Below, in pieces: positions 38,733-49,220 of a stretch of DNA of 64,000 bases (position 1 is its first letter; every line of letters begins with the position of its first letter). The notes beneath the pieces were generated by a model. The model had not been told where the DNA came from. It saw nothing but the letters and a program-made list of their open reading frames with translations, and searched no databases. Origin of the DNA: a bacterium (lineage in GTDB: Bacteria; Electryoneota; Electryoneia; Electryoneales; Electryoneaceae); the NCBI GenBank assembly GCA_963669175.1, contig OY769902.1, positions 3,872,001-3,936,000 of the forward strand, written 5' to 3'. The position numbers and the translations under genes are program-made.

Positions 38733-39551
38733 ATGCCGGAACTACCGGAAGTAGAAACCATTGTAAGAGCGTTACGTGAAGCGGTTCCCGGACGGACCAT
38801 CCGGGCGATAGGAAAAATCCATCCCCGCCCTTCGCGCTACTCCTCCCCTGCTCTTCTCATCCGGTACATGGCGAATACAACAATCACACATCTGGACAGA
38901 CGAGGAAAGTACATCCTTTTCGATTTGAAGGATCGTCCGGTTCCCGTCGTTTTTCATATGGGAATGTCCGGTCAGCTTCTTCTGGGGCAGGAAACTTCAG
39001 CGTCACCGCATGTTAAGGCCGAGATCACATTCACCGACGGTGGCTATCTTCATTTCATCGATCCCCGCATGTTCGGGTTGATTTTTATCGGGAATGAATC
39101 ATCCCCGCCCGGCTATCGTAAACTCGGTCCTGATCCCTTATCTTCCACTTTCACAGCCAGAAAACTGGAGACTATCCTGGCCGGTCGCAGCATGATCATC
39201 AAAACACTGCTGTTACAACAACACCTTATCGCCGGGATAGGAAACATTTACGCATCCGAAACCCTGTTTCGTGCCGGGATTCATCCGGAAACGCCCGGCT
39301 GCGAACTGGGAAAAGAACAAATAACAAGGCTTCACCGTACCCTGCGAAAAGTCCTTCGGGAAGCGATTGACCAGATGGGGACCACGTTGTCAGATTTCAG
39401 ACGTCCGGACGGCACTCAGGGTGAATATGGCAACAAGCTGCTGGTCTATGACCGTCATGGTGAGCCTTGTCCACAGTGCGGAACAACGATACAACGAGTG
39501 ATACATCATGCAAGAAGCACTTTTTTCTGTCCACGATGTCAATCGATCTGA
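38733..39551 (+). CDS. mutM: Formamidopyrimidine-DNA glycosylase
   Basis: MPELPEVET, RRGK, AGIGNIYASE and a C-terminal zinc finger. Confidence 0.97.
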   Translation: MPELPEVETIVRALREAVPGRTIRAIGKIHPRPSRYSSPALLIRYMANTTITHLDRRGKYILFDLKDRPVPVVFHMGMSGQLLLGQETSASPHVKAEITFTDGGYLHFIDPRMFGLIFIGNESSPPGYRKLGPDPLSSTFTARKLETILAGRSMIIKTLLLQQHLIAGIGNIYASETLFRAGIHPETPGCELGKEQITRLHRTLRKVLREAIDQMGTTLSDFRRPDGTQGEYGNKLLVYDRHGEPCPQCGTTIQRVIHHARSTFFCPRCQSI

Positions 39552-40290
39552 CGCATCAATCCTCGGTGAGCAGCAACTCCCCGACGGGAGCTGGATAAAA
39601 TGGGGACTGTCACGCAAAGAATTCGGACCGATGTCTTTCGGGAAGCGTCCGGAATGGGACGTTGCTTTTAACCGGATGCAGTTCCTGCGTCTTCACGGTC
39701 TGAAAATCGACCAGGTGGTAGCTCCGATCCTGGATCATACGGCCAATGTTGAAGTCGTGACCTCGTCTGATACCAACCGTGGCGCACGCGAGAAACGGAA
39801 TGCTTTTCAGCAGGTTGACGCTCTGGTCACCCGTGACACCGGGATTGTCCTGATAACCACCCATGCAGACTGTCTTCCCGTCTGGTTGTGCGCTCCGGAT
39901 AACGGTTGGACAGGTATGGCGCATGTGGGACGGCGTGGCCTGCTGGCAGGCATGATCCCGGCGCTGGTCAACAGTATACCCGAAGGAGAACGTGCTGGCT
40001 TGACCCTCGGTATCGGGCCGGGTATTTCACGAGAGCGCTATGAAGTCAGCCGGGAAATCGCCGATGAGTTCAGTAATCATGCTATTCTGAAAAATATCAT
40101 ATTTGAGAATGATAACAGGTATTATCTGGACCTGAAGCAGGGTGTACTGGATGAGGCAAAAGCGCTTGGTGTTTCTGCTGATGACAGCGCATGGCAATGC
40201 ACTTTTGAGACCAGTTATTTAAGTTCATTCCGTCGTGATAGTGACACATTCGCTCCAATGGCCGCATTCATAACAAGGACAAAAGACTGA
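39508..40290 (+). CDS. pgeF: PgeF/YfiH polyphenol oxidase-like family protein
   Basis: DALVT, ADCLPV, AH.G.RG, IGPGIS...YEV and S.RRD; start uncertain. Confidence 0.82.
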   Translation: MQEALFSVHDVNRSDASILGEQQLPDGSWIKWGLSRKEFGPMSFGKRPEWDVAFNRMQFLRLHGLKIDQVVAPILDHTANVEVVTSSDTNRGAREKRNAFQQVDALVTRDTGIVLITTHADCLPVWLCAPDNGWTGMAHVGRRGLLAGMIPALVNSIPEGERAGLTLGIGPGISRERYEVSREIADEFSNHAILKNIIFENDNRYYLDLKQGVLDEAKALGVSADDSAWQCTFETSYLSSFRRDSDTFAPMAAFITRTKD

Positions 40291-41822
40291 TGTTCAGCAA
40301 ATTACACACGGTTGCACTCCAGGGAATCGAATCTACACCGGTAGAGGTCGAGATCCAGATGGAGGGTGGAAATACTTATTTGGCCCTGGTCGGACTGGCG
40401 GGGACTTCCATTCGGGAATCACGTGACCGTGTAGCCGCCGCGATCAAGAATTCAGGATTCATTTACCCGCGAAAAAATGTCACCATCAACCTCGCTCCCG
40501 CCGATCTTCGCAAAGAAGGCGGGATGTATGACCTTCCCATCGCCATCGGTATGATGGCGGCATCCGGGCAGGTCAGCAGTGAACAGATTGACCGTTTTGT
40601 CTTCATGGGCGAGCTATCACTTGACGGACGCTTGCGTCCGGTCCGTGGCGTCCTCCCTGCCGCACTGGCGACACGCAGAGATGGACATCGCGCGTTGATC
40701 ATCCCGGAAGAGAACGCGGAAGAGGCAGCCGTTGCGGAGGGGCTCGATATTTACCCGATGGCGACACTGCGGAATGTGGTTGAGTTCCTCAATGGCGAAA
40801 GTATGGTGCCGCCGTTTACAATCAATATCCGTGAACTGTTTGAACAGCAACGGAACTATGACGTTGACTTCTCTGAGGTGAAAGGACAGGAACGCAGCAA
40901 ACGTGCGCTGGAAATCGCAGCAGCAGGCGGACATAATATTTTGATGATCGGCCCTCCCGGTTCAGGCAAAACCATGCTGGCGCGACGGCTGCCGACCATT
41001 CTACCCGACCCGACTCTCGAAGAGGCTCTGGAAACAACCCAGATCCATTCTGTTGCGGGGACGCTGAAATCGGGGACGGCACTGCTTGCCACGCGCCCGT
41101 TCCGCAGTCCGCATCATACCATCTCGGAAGCCGGTCTAATTGGTGGCGGGACAATCCCGGTTCCCGGCGAGGTCAGCCTGGCACATCGTGGCGTGCTTTT
41201 CCTGGATGAACTTCCCGAATTTAAAAAGACGGCTCTTGAGGCCATGCGGCAGCCGTTGGAAGATGGAGAAGTTACCATTGCACGTGTTGCAACAACGACT
41301 CGCTTTCCTGCACATTACCTTTTTGCTGCTGCGATGAATCCCTGCCCTTGTGGTTACCATGGTGACACAACCCGGTCATGTACCTGTAACCCGGGCCAGG
41401 TAAGGCTTTACCGCAGCAAAATTTCCGGACCGTTGCTGGACCGTATTGACTTGCATGTTCCTGTTCCGGCCGTAAAACCGGAGGAGTTGAGCCTGCGCAA
41501 GGATGGCGAGCCTTCTGCTTCCATACGCTCTCGTGTTATCGAGGCTCGTGAAAGACAGTTGCATCGTTTCCGAGACACCGGCATCTTCTCCAATGGCGAG
41601 ATGCAAAACCGCCATCTTCGTGATCTGGCGCGTTTGACCGCATCCGCAGAAAAAACATTACAGGGTGCAATCCGGCGGCTGAACTTGTCCGCCCGTGCAC
41701 ATAACCGATCAATCAAGGTTGCGCGTACTATCGCTGACCTTGCAGGACATGAGGACATCCAGGATGCTGACGTGCTCGAAGCTGTCAGTTTGCGAGACCT
41801 GGATCGAGAGGCTTTAGACTGA
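40290..41822 (+). CDS. comM: YifB/ComM Mg-chelatase-like AAA+ ATPase
   Basis: INLAPADLRKEG, GPPGSGKT, RSPHH and PGEVSLAHRGVLFLDE. Confidence 0.95.
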   Translation: MFSKLHTVALQGIESTPVEVEIQMEGGNTYLALVGLAGTSIRESRDRVAAAIKNSGFIYPRKNVTINLAPADLRKEGGMYDLPIAIGMMAASGQVSSEQIDRFVFMGELSLDGRLRPVRGVLPAALATRRDGHRALIIPEENAEEAAVAEGLDIYPMATLRNVVEFLNGESMVPPFTINIRELFEQQRNYDVDFSEVKGQERSKRALEIAAAGGHNILMIGPPGSGKTMLARRLPTILPDPTLEEALETTQIHSVAGTLKSGTALLATRPFRSPHHTISEAGLIGGGTIPVPGEVSLAHRGVLFLDELPEFKKTALEAMRQPLEDGEVTIARVATTTRFPAHYLFAAAMNPCPCGYHGDTTRSCTCNPGQVRLYRSKISGPLLDRIDLHVPVPAVKPEELSLRKDGEPSASIRSRVIEARERQLHRFRDTGIFSNGEMQNRHLRDLARLTASAEKTLQGAIRRLNLSARAHNRSIKVARTIADLAGHEDIQDADVLEAVSLRDLDREALD

Positions 41823-43528
41823 TGGACATATCCATACATCAAAATCTGTTCGAACTTTTACAACTTCACGCACAGAAATCCACAGATTCACCCAAACTCT
41901 TCTGGCAGGACCATTCCTTCACCTGGGCGCAGGTCGAGGAAGGAGCCAGACGAGTAGCCGCCGGGTTGAAGGATCTTGGGGTGCAACAGGGTGACCGAGT
42001 TGCGCTGATGCTCCCGAACACTCCCCCTTACCTGTTCATCCAGGCAGGCGTACATCTGCTCGGCGCGACACTGGTTCCGATCCATATTCTTACACGCGGT
42101 CCCGAACTGGGCTATCTGCTGGATGACAGCGAAGCTAAAGTGCTGATCTACTGGAATGGCTTCCAGGAAGTCGCTGAAGAAGCAGCGATTCAGACCGAAA
42201 GCCTACGTCACCGTATCGAAATCGGCGGTGAACCGACTGAGGGGATTCTTGACTTTCATACCTGGATGCTGGAACACGCTCCGCTGATGGATGCCCCCGT
42301 GGGTGGCGGTAATGATCCGGCCCTGATTCGTTATACTGCCGGTGTAACCGGTCGGCCCAAGGGCGCCATGATCAGCCACACCAATGTATTGTACAGCTCC
42401 CGCGCAACCTTGAAAGCGCTACGGGTGCGTCCGATCGAACGTGTTCTGGGTGCAATTCCCTTTTATCATCCTTTCGGCTGCACTCTACAATATTACATGG
42501 TGCTACGTTCCGGGGCGTCGCTGTATCTGCAGACACGATTTGATCCACAGGAAACTCAGGAACTGATCCAGGCCGGCACAGTTAATGCCATGATCGGGCT
42601 TCCCTCCCATTATTCCGGCCTGCTTGAAGCCATGGGGTCAGAAGAAGAAGACGCCGGAAAACTGCTGTTTGCCGTAAGTGGTGGCGGCCCGTTGGATATT
42701 TTGACGCGACGGAAGCTGGAACAACGCTTCAGCACACGTATTGCAACCGTATACGGCACCTGCGAGACCAGTCCTACCATTGCTGTAAACCCGAGCCACA
42801 TCGAGGAAACTCCGGCCGAATCATTCGGTCGGCCCATCAGTGACACGGAAGTCCGCATCGTAGATGAAGAAAACGATGAAGTAGGTGTCGATGAGGTCGG
42901 TGAAATCGTCGTGCGCGGTCCGGGTGTATTCCAGGGCTACTGGAATCGTCCTGATGCGACCAATTTGACTATCGATGAAGAGGGCTGGTTCCATACATCC
43001 GACCTTGGCCGCATCGATATGGATGGTTTCCTGTATGGCGTGGGACGTTTGCACGACCGTATCAACAAAGGCGGCTTCTCCGTATATCCACGCGAAGTTG
43101 AGGGTGTGTTGAATGCGCATCCTTCCATCTATGCAAGCGGCGTGATTGGCGTTCCTGACCCACGGTTGGGAGAAGAGATTGTTGCCTATGTTGTCCCACG
43201 TGGCGGCGCACCGATACTGGAAAACGAGATCATTGAATATTGCACGGAGCGTCTTGCTCGCTTCAAGACTCCGCAGCAGATCATCACTATCGACCAACTT
43301 CCCAGGTCACCGGGTGGCTCGGTATTGCGTCGCGCACTGCGTGAGCACTGGCAGGAGAACCTGTCACAGTCAACAGGGACAGGGACAGGGACAACGACGC
43401 CGAAACCAATACCGATGCCTGAAGAGCGTAACTACAGCACTCCTGTTCCCGTGCCGGATTCAGGTGCGTCAGACAGCCTGATCGAGTTGGTTCCGATGGA
43501 AAAAGTCGACAAGGACGATGAGGAATAG
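41822..43528 (+). CDS. Long-chain fatty acid-CoA ligase (AMP-binding)
   Basis: YTAGVTGRPKG, YGTCE, GWFHTSDLG and VYPREVE; low-complexity C-terminal tail. Confidence 0.9.
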   Translation: MDISIHQNLFELLQLHAQKSTDSPKLFWQDHSFTWAQVEEGARRVAAGLKDLGVQQGDRVALMLPNTPPYLFIQAGVHLLGATLVPIHILTRGPELGYLLDDSEAKVLIYWNGFQEVAEEAAIQTESLRHRIEIGGEPTEGILDFHTWMLEHAPLMDAPVGGGNDPALIRYTAGVTGRPKGAMISHTNVLYSSRATLKALRVRPIERVLGAIPFYHPFGCTLQYYMVLRSGASLYLQTRFDPQETQELIQAGTVNAMIGLPSHYSGLLEAMGSEEEDAGKLLFAVSGGGPLDILTRRKLEQRFSTRIATVYGTCETSPTIAVNPSHIEETPAESFGRPISDTEVRIVDEENDEVGVDEVGEIVVRGPGVFQGYWNRPDATNLTIDEEGWFHTSDLGRIDMDGFLYGVGRLHDRINKGGFSVYPREVEGVLNAHPSIYASGVIGVPDPRLGEEIVAYVVPRGGAPILENEIIEYCTERLARFKTPQQIITIDQLPRSPGGSVLRRALREHWQENLSQSTGTGTGTTTPKPIPMPEERNYSTPVPVPDSGASDSLIELVPMEKVDKDDEE

Positions 43529-43575
43529 CGAAATCCTATAACCGTACTTCAACACGAAAGCTCGACAAAGACGTG

Positions 43576-43609
43576 AAAAGCCGATCAGGTTGCCCTGATC
43601 GGCTTTTTT
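43576..43609 (+). terminator. Intrinsic terminator
   Basis: AAAAGCCGATCAGG-TTGC-CCTGATCGGCTTTTTT. Confidence 0.85.
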
Positions 43610-44519
43610 GCGGATTTCTATCTGAAATCCGCTATCGCAAGGTGCTCCCCGCCGGCAGGAAGGCGCAGGAAAACCCCCGGCGAAAGGGCTTTTGCGTTCT
43701 ATGGGATCACCTACCATCTATATTATCGCATACCAGCAGGTAAACTTCAGTCGCATCTTTTCCACACTTCGCACTCTGACCGCTCCGGGAAGGAATCGCA
43801 TTGCAACCTCGTTGAATTCCCTATCCTTTTCCTTCAAGCAATTCAACTTCGACTCTGAGAGCAGGTTAAAGTAACTGATAAATGCTAGTCTTTTAATTTT
43901 ACAACATGATAACATTCCAAAGCTCAAGTGTTCTTATAGCTAATATTGAAGCAAAATTACAACAATCAATTTCCGCGGCGGGTAGAGATCGCAGAAGGAG
44001 AGCGGAAGGGTTTGGTCATGGGAGATACACTGCTTGCATGCCAATAAGAAGTCAACCAGTAATTTTCATCGCATTGTTAAGGCTGAGAAGCAAGTAATAC
44101 TGCAATTCTTGGCTGATACCCTTAGCTTTTTAAGATACTTCTTATTTATACAACTGTTATTAAAGCAATTACACCAAACAGCTTTCCTTAAAAACTTCGC
44201 AGGGTTTGCTATTCAGGCTACGATCAAACTTGCTTTCCATCAGATAATTGCCATCAACCTTCCTCTGACTTAGGTAAACCTCATCTATTTTTCAACATGT
44301 TACAACTCATCATCTTTCTCTATCCAAGTTACGGATATCACCAATATGGCAACCTCTGCTCATCTGCTTTATCTTTTCCGACTTCTTGTTGCGGGGAACC
44401 CTGCATTAAAGTTGGCGTTCAACCAGTGGATATTTGCACCTGAAGTGGGCCAAAATTGCGAATTGCATTGCTCAGGTTGATCATGTATCCTGAAAGAAGA
44501 AAACATAGGAGCGAATTTC

Positions 44520-45362
44520 ATGCACTCTGTCAAGGGGCAAACGGCGATTATAACCGGCGCAAGTCGTGGTATTGGACGCGCCATAGCAATAAAGCTTGGC
44601 GAAGCCGGGATGAACCTCGTTCTGACGGCTCGTGGTGAAGGAGCGCTACAGGAAACCGCCAGTCTTGTTCCGGGCGAACCTGATTCTGTGCTGGCGATCC
44701 CTGCGGACGTCACTGATAAAAATGATGTAAAGCGTGTCTTCGAGTCTGCGATAGATCGTTTCGGCTCAGTGGATTTGCTAGTTAACAATGCCGGCAGCCT
44801 GGCAGCGATCGGGCCGACATGGGAAGCGGATGCCGCAGACTGGTTGCAGGATATCACCGTCAATCTCCAAGGTGTATTCCTGTGCTGCCGTGCGGCTCTA
44901 CAGATCATGCTGCTTGCTGACAAGGGCCGAATCATCAACATGTCCGGTGGTGGCGCAGGAGGGCCTTTCCCATTTGCCTCGGCTTATGCGACCAGCAAGG
45001 CGGGGGTTGTACGCCTGACGGAAAACATCGCTGCCGAAATGGCGGAAACGTACCCGGCTTCGAACGTCCGCATTTTCAGCATGAGCCCAAGTTTCGTCCG
45101 TACCGCCATGACAGAACAATTCACGGAAACAGAGGATGGACGCAAATGGATGCATCGGCTCTCCGCACGACTCGACCAGGGCCAGAGCGCTCCTCCCGAC
45201 TATGCGGCTGAGCTGGTGCTCGAACTGGCAACCGGGGAGCTGGATTTCCTGCATGGTCGCTTTATCCACGCTGAACAGGATCGTGATCAATGGGATGAGA
45301 TGAAGTCAAATGCAGATGAGATCCGTATGTCACCCAAACGGTTATTGCGGTTTGTCAAATGA
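44520..45362 (+). CDS. Short-chain dehydrogenase/reductase
   Basis: TGASRGIG, NNAG and YATSK. Confidence 0.93.
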   Translation: MHSVKGQTAIITGASRGIGRAIAIKLGEAGMNLVLTARGEGALQETASLVPGEPDSVLAIPADVTDKNDVKRVFESAIDRFGSVDLLVNNAGSLAAIGPTWEADAADWLQDITVNLQGVFLCCRAALQIMLLADKGRIINMSGGGAGGPFPFASAYATSKAGVVRLTENIAAEMAETYPASNVRIFSMSPSFVRTAMTEQFTETEDGRKWMHRLSARLDQGQSAPPDYAAELVLELATGELDFLHGRFIHAEQDRDQWDEMKSNADEIRMSPKRLLRFVK

Positions 45363-45474
45363 TATTGTATGTCATCCAGCGTGATGATCAAGTGGACAAA
45401 TCTCTGGTGAACATCGTGTGGCCCGGCGTGCTTGCACCCGGGCTGTCTTTTATCCGGCATTCCTGAACTACTGT

Positions 45475-46548
45475 TTATTTAACTGCAAAATGCTCCATAC
45501 AGGCTTGCGCGACACGTGTTGCGCCCTGTCCATCCACCAGCGACCGTGCTTTTTGTGCCAGGCTGGAGCGTAGCTGCGAATCAGATGCAAAACGAAGATA
45601 GGCTTGAAGAATCTGATCATCGGTCAGATCATTCAACCAGCCGATCACTTCGGTACATCCCAGGCGTTCCATGGATCGAGCAAACCCAAGCTGATTTTCT
45701 TCAACCGGCAGACAGATATAGGGCGTACCGAGGGCGGCGGCTTCATATTGTGTCGATCCCCCGGCCATTAAAATAAGGTCCGAGTCTTTAAGAAGATCAA
45801 GCCAGTTCTCCGGTTGAACCAGACGTCTCGCAAAGGGCAACCTCTTAATCCTCTGATCCAGCCTTTCCTCGAATGGATACATCGTACCGGTAACAAACAA
45901 CGCTTCTTCCGGGAACTGTTTTTCGGGCAGGGCAGCCAATGCGCTCGCAACACGTCCGGTCACATCATGTTCGTCCACTCCCCCGCCATTGATTAGCACC
46001 TTTCTGATTCGATCCGGCTGATCATATACCTTTCCAACCAATCGCTTCACCACCTGCTCTCGTAATATCGCGTATTCCGGCCCAAGCAGAAGTTCTGTCT
46101 TTGAACTTAGCCTGGAATAATCCAAGTCAGCCGCATCGGCGTAGGCGTTGAATACGAGATCACAATCCCGGTAATCGCGTCCCCCGAAAACATCGCTGAC
46201 CATCACGGCTGTTGATCGGGCGTAGAGCTTCCTGTGCGCATCGGGGATATGGTAGCCATCAATGACTGTCAGGCCGGGCGCTCCCATTGTTCTATTCATA
46301 TGCGACAGAATCCAGCCGGGCTCATCATTTGTTTCTGCTACCTCATCAGGGATTGTTACCGGGTTAATTCCATTCTTCTTCAGCGTAGATATTCCGGAAC
46401 CGTCAACATAGCGGGTGTAGAAAACCGGTTCTAATCCTGCGTCCTTGAGCGCCTGCGCCAAGCCGGTTGATCGCATAATGTGACCGTACCCGATCACATC
46501 TCCCCCATCCACACGCATGATGACGTACTTTTGAGAAGCTGTTGACAT
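45475..46548 (-). CDS. PseG/SpsG-like UDP-sugar hydrolase (GT-B fold)
   Basis: RVDGG..IGYGHIMRS, LLGPEYAILR, GG.D, GST.YE and NQ motifs. Confidence 0.82.
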   Translation of the reverse strand: MSTASQKYVIMRVDGGDVIGYGHIMRSTGLAQALKDAGLEPVFYTRYVDGSGISTLKKNGINPVTIPDEVAETNDEPGWILSHMNRTMGAPGLTVIDGYHIPDAHRKLYARSTAVMVSDVFGGRDYRDCDLVFNAYADAADLDYSRLSSKTELLLGPEYAILREQVVKRLVGKVYDQPDRIRKVLINGGGVDEHDVTGRVASALAALPEKQFPEEALFVTGTMYPFEERLDQRIKRLPFARRLVQPENWLDLLKDSDLILMAGGSTQYEAAALGTPYICLPVEENQLGFARSMERLGCTEVIGWLNDLTDDQILQAYLRFASDSQLRSSLAQKARSLVDGQGATRVAQACMEHFAVK

Positions 46549-46704
46549 GCTGTACTCTCGCAGAGTGAAACGATTTCCTTTCGAGAAACGTACTATCCTT
46601 AACTTCTTTCATGCAATCCGGGGGAGGCGGCGCGGTTTCGTTACGCCGATGTTCGTTGTACCTTCTCCAGATGTTACCATAGAACAAAAAACAGGAGATT
46701 TCCC

Positions 46705-47964
46705 ATGATCACCGATGCCATGCGTGACTTTTACAAGCAGGACGTAAAAGACCGCTTCTTACGCTATGTCCAGGTTTTTACCACATCTGATGAAGATAAC
46801 GAATCGACCCCTTCCACAGAGCGTCAGTTTGACCTCGCACGGATGCTTGAGAAGGAATTGAGCGAACTGGGTTTGAAGGACGTACACGTTTCCGACCATA
46901 GCTATGTTTATGGTATTCTTCCCGCGTCTGAAGGCGTCAACGCACCGACTTTCGGATTGCTGGCGCATTTGGATACCAGCCCGGATCAGCCCGGTGAAAA
47001 TGTCAAGCCACAGATCATTGAGAACTACGATGGCGGCACGATCAGCTATCCTGATGATCCGGAACTGACACTTTCACAGAAAGACAGTCCGGAGCTGGCC
47101 GATTTCATCGGTGACAATATCATCACTGCATCGGGTCTTACCCTGCTTGGTGCGGATGACAAGGCTGGTGTCGCTGAGATCATGGCGGGCATGGCCACAT
47201 TCATCAAGTTCCCGGAACTGAAGCATCCGGAAATCAAGGTCTGCTTCACCCCGGATGAAGAAATCGGCCGTGGCACGATCAAGATCGACGAAGACTGGCT
47301 GCCGCAGTTCTGCTACACCCTGGATGGTGGGTATCCGGGTGAGTTGGAAGGTGAGAATTTTGATGCCTGGCGTGCCGATGTAAAATTCAAGGGCGTTGGC
47401 GTACATCCCGGTTACGCCAAGGGCAAGATGGTCAATGCGATCTCAGTCGCAGCTCATTTTGTAGCGCTGCTTCCCGAATGGCAGACGCCATCGACCACGG
47501 AACTGCGTGAAGGCTTCTATCACCTGGTCAGCATGTCCGGTGATTTTGAAAATGCGGAATGTACTTTTATAATCCGCGATTTTGAAGAACCGAAAAACAT
47601 GGTTCGCATGGAGTACATGCAGGCGCAGAAAGAACTGTTCGAGAAGCGTTACCCGGGACTCGAGATCGACCTGCAGTTCAAGCATCAGTACCAGAACATG
47701 CGTGACATCATCCAGAAATATCCGGAAGTCATGGATGTAGCTGAGAAGGCAATGAGTGAAGTGGGCGTGAAGGTGTTGAAGAAGGCGATTCGTGGTGGTA
47801 CAGACGGCGCTCGCCTGACGCAGCTTGGTCACCCCACCCCGAACCTGTTCGCCGGTGGACTTCTCTTCCATTCACGCCGTGAATGGGTTGCCGAATCCAG
47901 CCTTGCCAAAGCGGTTGAAGTCGTTTTGAACCTTGGTCATCACTGGAGCCAGGTCAGCAAGTAG
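46705..47964 (+). CDS. pepT: Peptidase T
   Basis: AHLDTS, LLGADDKAG, FTPDEEIG, HPGYAKGKMVNA and IRGGTDG. Confidence 0.97.
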   Translation: MITDAMRDFYKQDVKDRFLRYVQVFTTSDEDNESTPSTERQFDLARMLEKELSELGLKDVHVSDHSYVYGILPASEGVNAPTFGLLAHLDTSPDQPGENVKPQIIENYDGGTISYPDDPELTLSQKDSPELADFIGDNIITASGLTLLGADDKAGVAEIMAGMATFIKFPELKHPEIKVCFTPDEEIGRGTIKIDEDWLPQFCYTLDGGYPGELEGENFDAWRADVKFKGVGVHPGYAKGKMVNAISVAAHFVALLPEWQTPSTTELREGFYHLVSMSGDFENAECTFIIRDFEEPKNMVRMEYMQAQKELFEKRYPGLEIDLQFKHQYQNMRDIIQKYPEVMDVAEKAMSEVGVKVLKKAIRGGTDGARLTQLGHPTPNLFAGGLLFHSRREWVAESSLAKAVEVVLNLGHHWSQVSK

Positions 47965-47982
47965 TTTTTCCGATTAGAACAC

Positions 47983-48020
47983 AAAGGCCGGCATTGGTAA
48001 CAGTGCCGGCCTTTTTTTTT
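47983..48020 (+). terminator. Intrinsic terminator after pepT
   Basis: AAAGGCCGGCATTG-GTAA-CAGTGCCGGCC followed by T9. Confidence 0.9.
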
Positions 48021-48243
48021 CTACGAAATGTCAGCCCTTGGACCACGCTCCCAGGGTCGGGTATTCAAGGAATTGATATCACGATGCCCTCTGTCCCGAT
48101 GCGCTCTAAGATTCGTCCTGTCTTTCTGTATCCACAGAGTATTTCAGGGACAGTTATGAAGGAAACAGTGTCTCTTGCGGATCGGCCACCCCAGCCTGAT
48201 CACCTGGGTTTTCATAAATCTCGAGATACTATCCTGACGTTAT

Positions 48244-49212
48244 CTACTCCCCGTCTTTCCACGCATGGCGGATGCAATTCCGGCCTGAACCTTTGGCTTT
48301 GTACAGGCTCTCATCAGCCGCTTTCAGCAGTTCCAGAGACGATTCGATATGATCTTCGGGATAATAAGAGGCGCCGATAGAAATGGTAACCGTCCTCATT
48401 TCAAGATGCTCAAACACACAATCCTTGCAGAAGTCATGCTTTTCTACAAGCCCGCGCAGTTTTTCAGCGACATGCAACACACCATGCTTGGAGGTTGCCG
48501 GGAGCAGGATAACAAACTCCTCCCCGCCATACCGTGCAGCAAAGTCAACCCGGCGCAAAGCGTTGATGACAATCTTGCCCAATTCCTTCAGGACAATATC
48601 ACCGATCAGGTGGCCATAATCATCGTTGACCTGCTTGAAATGATCAATATCGAAAATCAGCACGCCGAGATGTGAGCCATAACGATCCGCGCGTTCGAAC
48701 TCCTGCGCGAACATATCTTCGAAGTATTGACGATTGTAAAGTCCGGTCAATCGATCTGTTACCGCACGCCCCCAAAGCTGTTTGTTCTCTTTAACCAGCA
48801 TATCACGTGCTTTGAGAAGCTCATGAAAACGGAGTGTACGACCGACACGGAACTTGAACTCGTCAATATCAAAGGGTAAATAGATGCAGTCATCAGCGCC
48901 GAGGGCGAGCGTCTGGGCGCCCACATTCTTTTCAAATGCAGTCTCAACAATGACAGGCAGGTCACCAAGATTGGTACGTATCTTCTTCAATAACTCCAGC
49001 CCGTTCATGCCGGGCATGTTCACATCGGTAATAACAAGATCAAACTTGTCTTTATTCAACCGTACCCAGGCATCATCTCCTGAAGAAGCCTGTTCGAGGG
49101 TATATTTGCCAACCATATCGAGAATATCAACCATCAGTTCACGATTGGCATCGTTATCATCGACAATCAGGACGTGATATTTTTCCGGTTCAACAACCTC
49201 AGCTTTAAACAA
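48244..49212 (-). CDS. Response regulator diguanylate cyclase (REC-GGDEF)
   Basis: VLIVDD, DVNMPGMNG, DRLTGLYNR, RYGGEEF and an RxxD I-site (RRVD). Start uncertain; TTG 49212 avoids overlap with nfi. Confidence 0.9.
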   Translation of the reverse strand: MFKAEVVEPEKYHVLIVDDNDANRELMVDILDMVGKYTLEQASSGDDAWVRLNKDKFDLVITDVNMPGMNGLELLKKIRTNLGDLPVIVETAFEKNVGAQTLALGADDCIYLPFDIDEFKFRVGRTLRFHELLKARDMLVKENKQLWGRAVTDRLTGLYNRQYFEDMFAQEFERADRYGSHLGVLIFDIDHFKQVNDDYGHLIGDIVLKELGKIVINALRRVDFAARYGGEEFVILLPATSKHGVLHVAEKLRGLVEKHDFCKDCVFEHLEMRTVTISIGASYYPEDHIESSLELLKAADESLYKAKGSGRNCIRHAWKDGE

Positions 49213-49220
49213 CCCCTTAA

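Noticed and set aside
43374-43393. ACAGGG hexamer repeat in the acyl-CoA ligase tail as a phase-variation tract
   Set aside because: In-frame, only about three units, and located in a disordered C-terminal tail.
43630-43800. c-di-GMP riboswitch or SRP RNA
   Set aside because: Only partial resemblance; conserved cores are not found on either strand.
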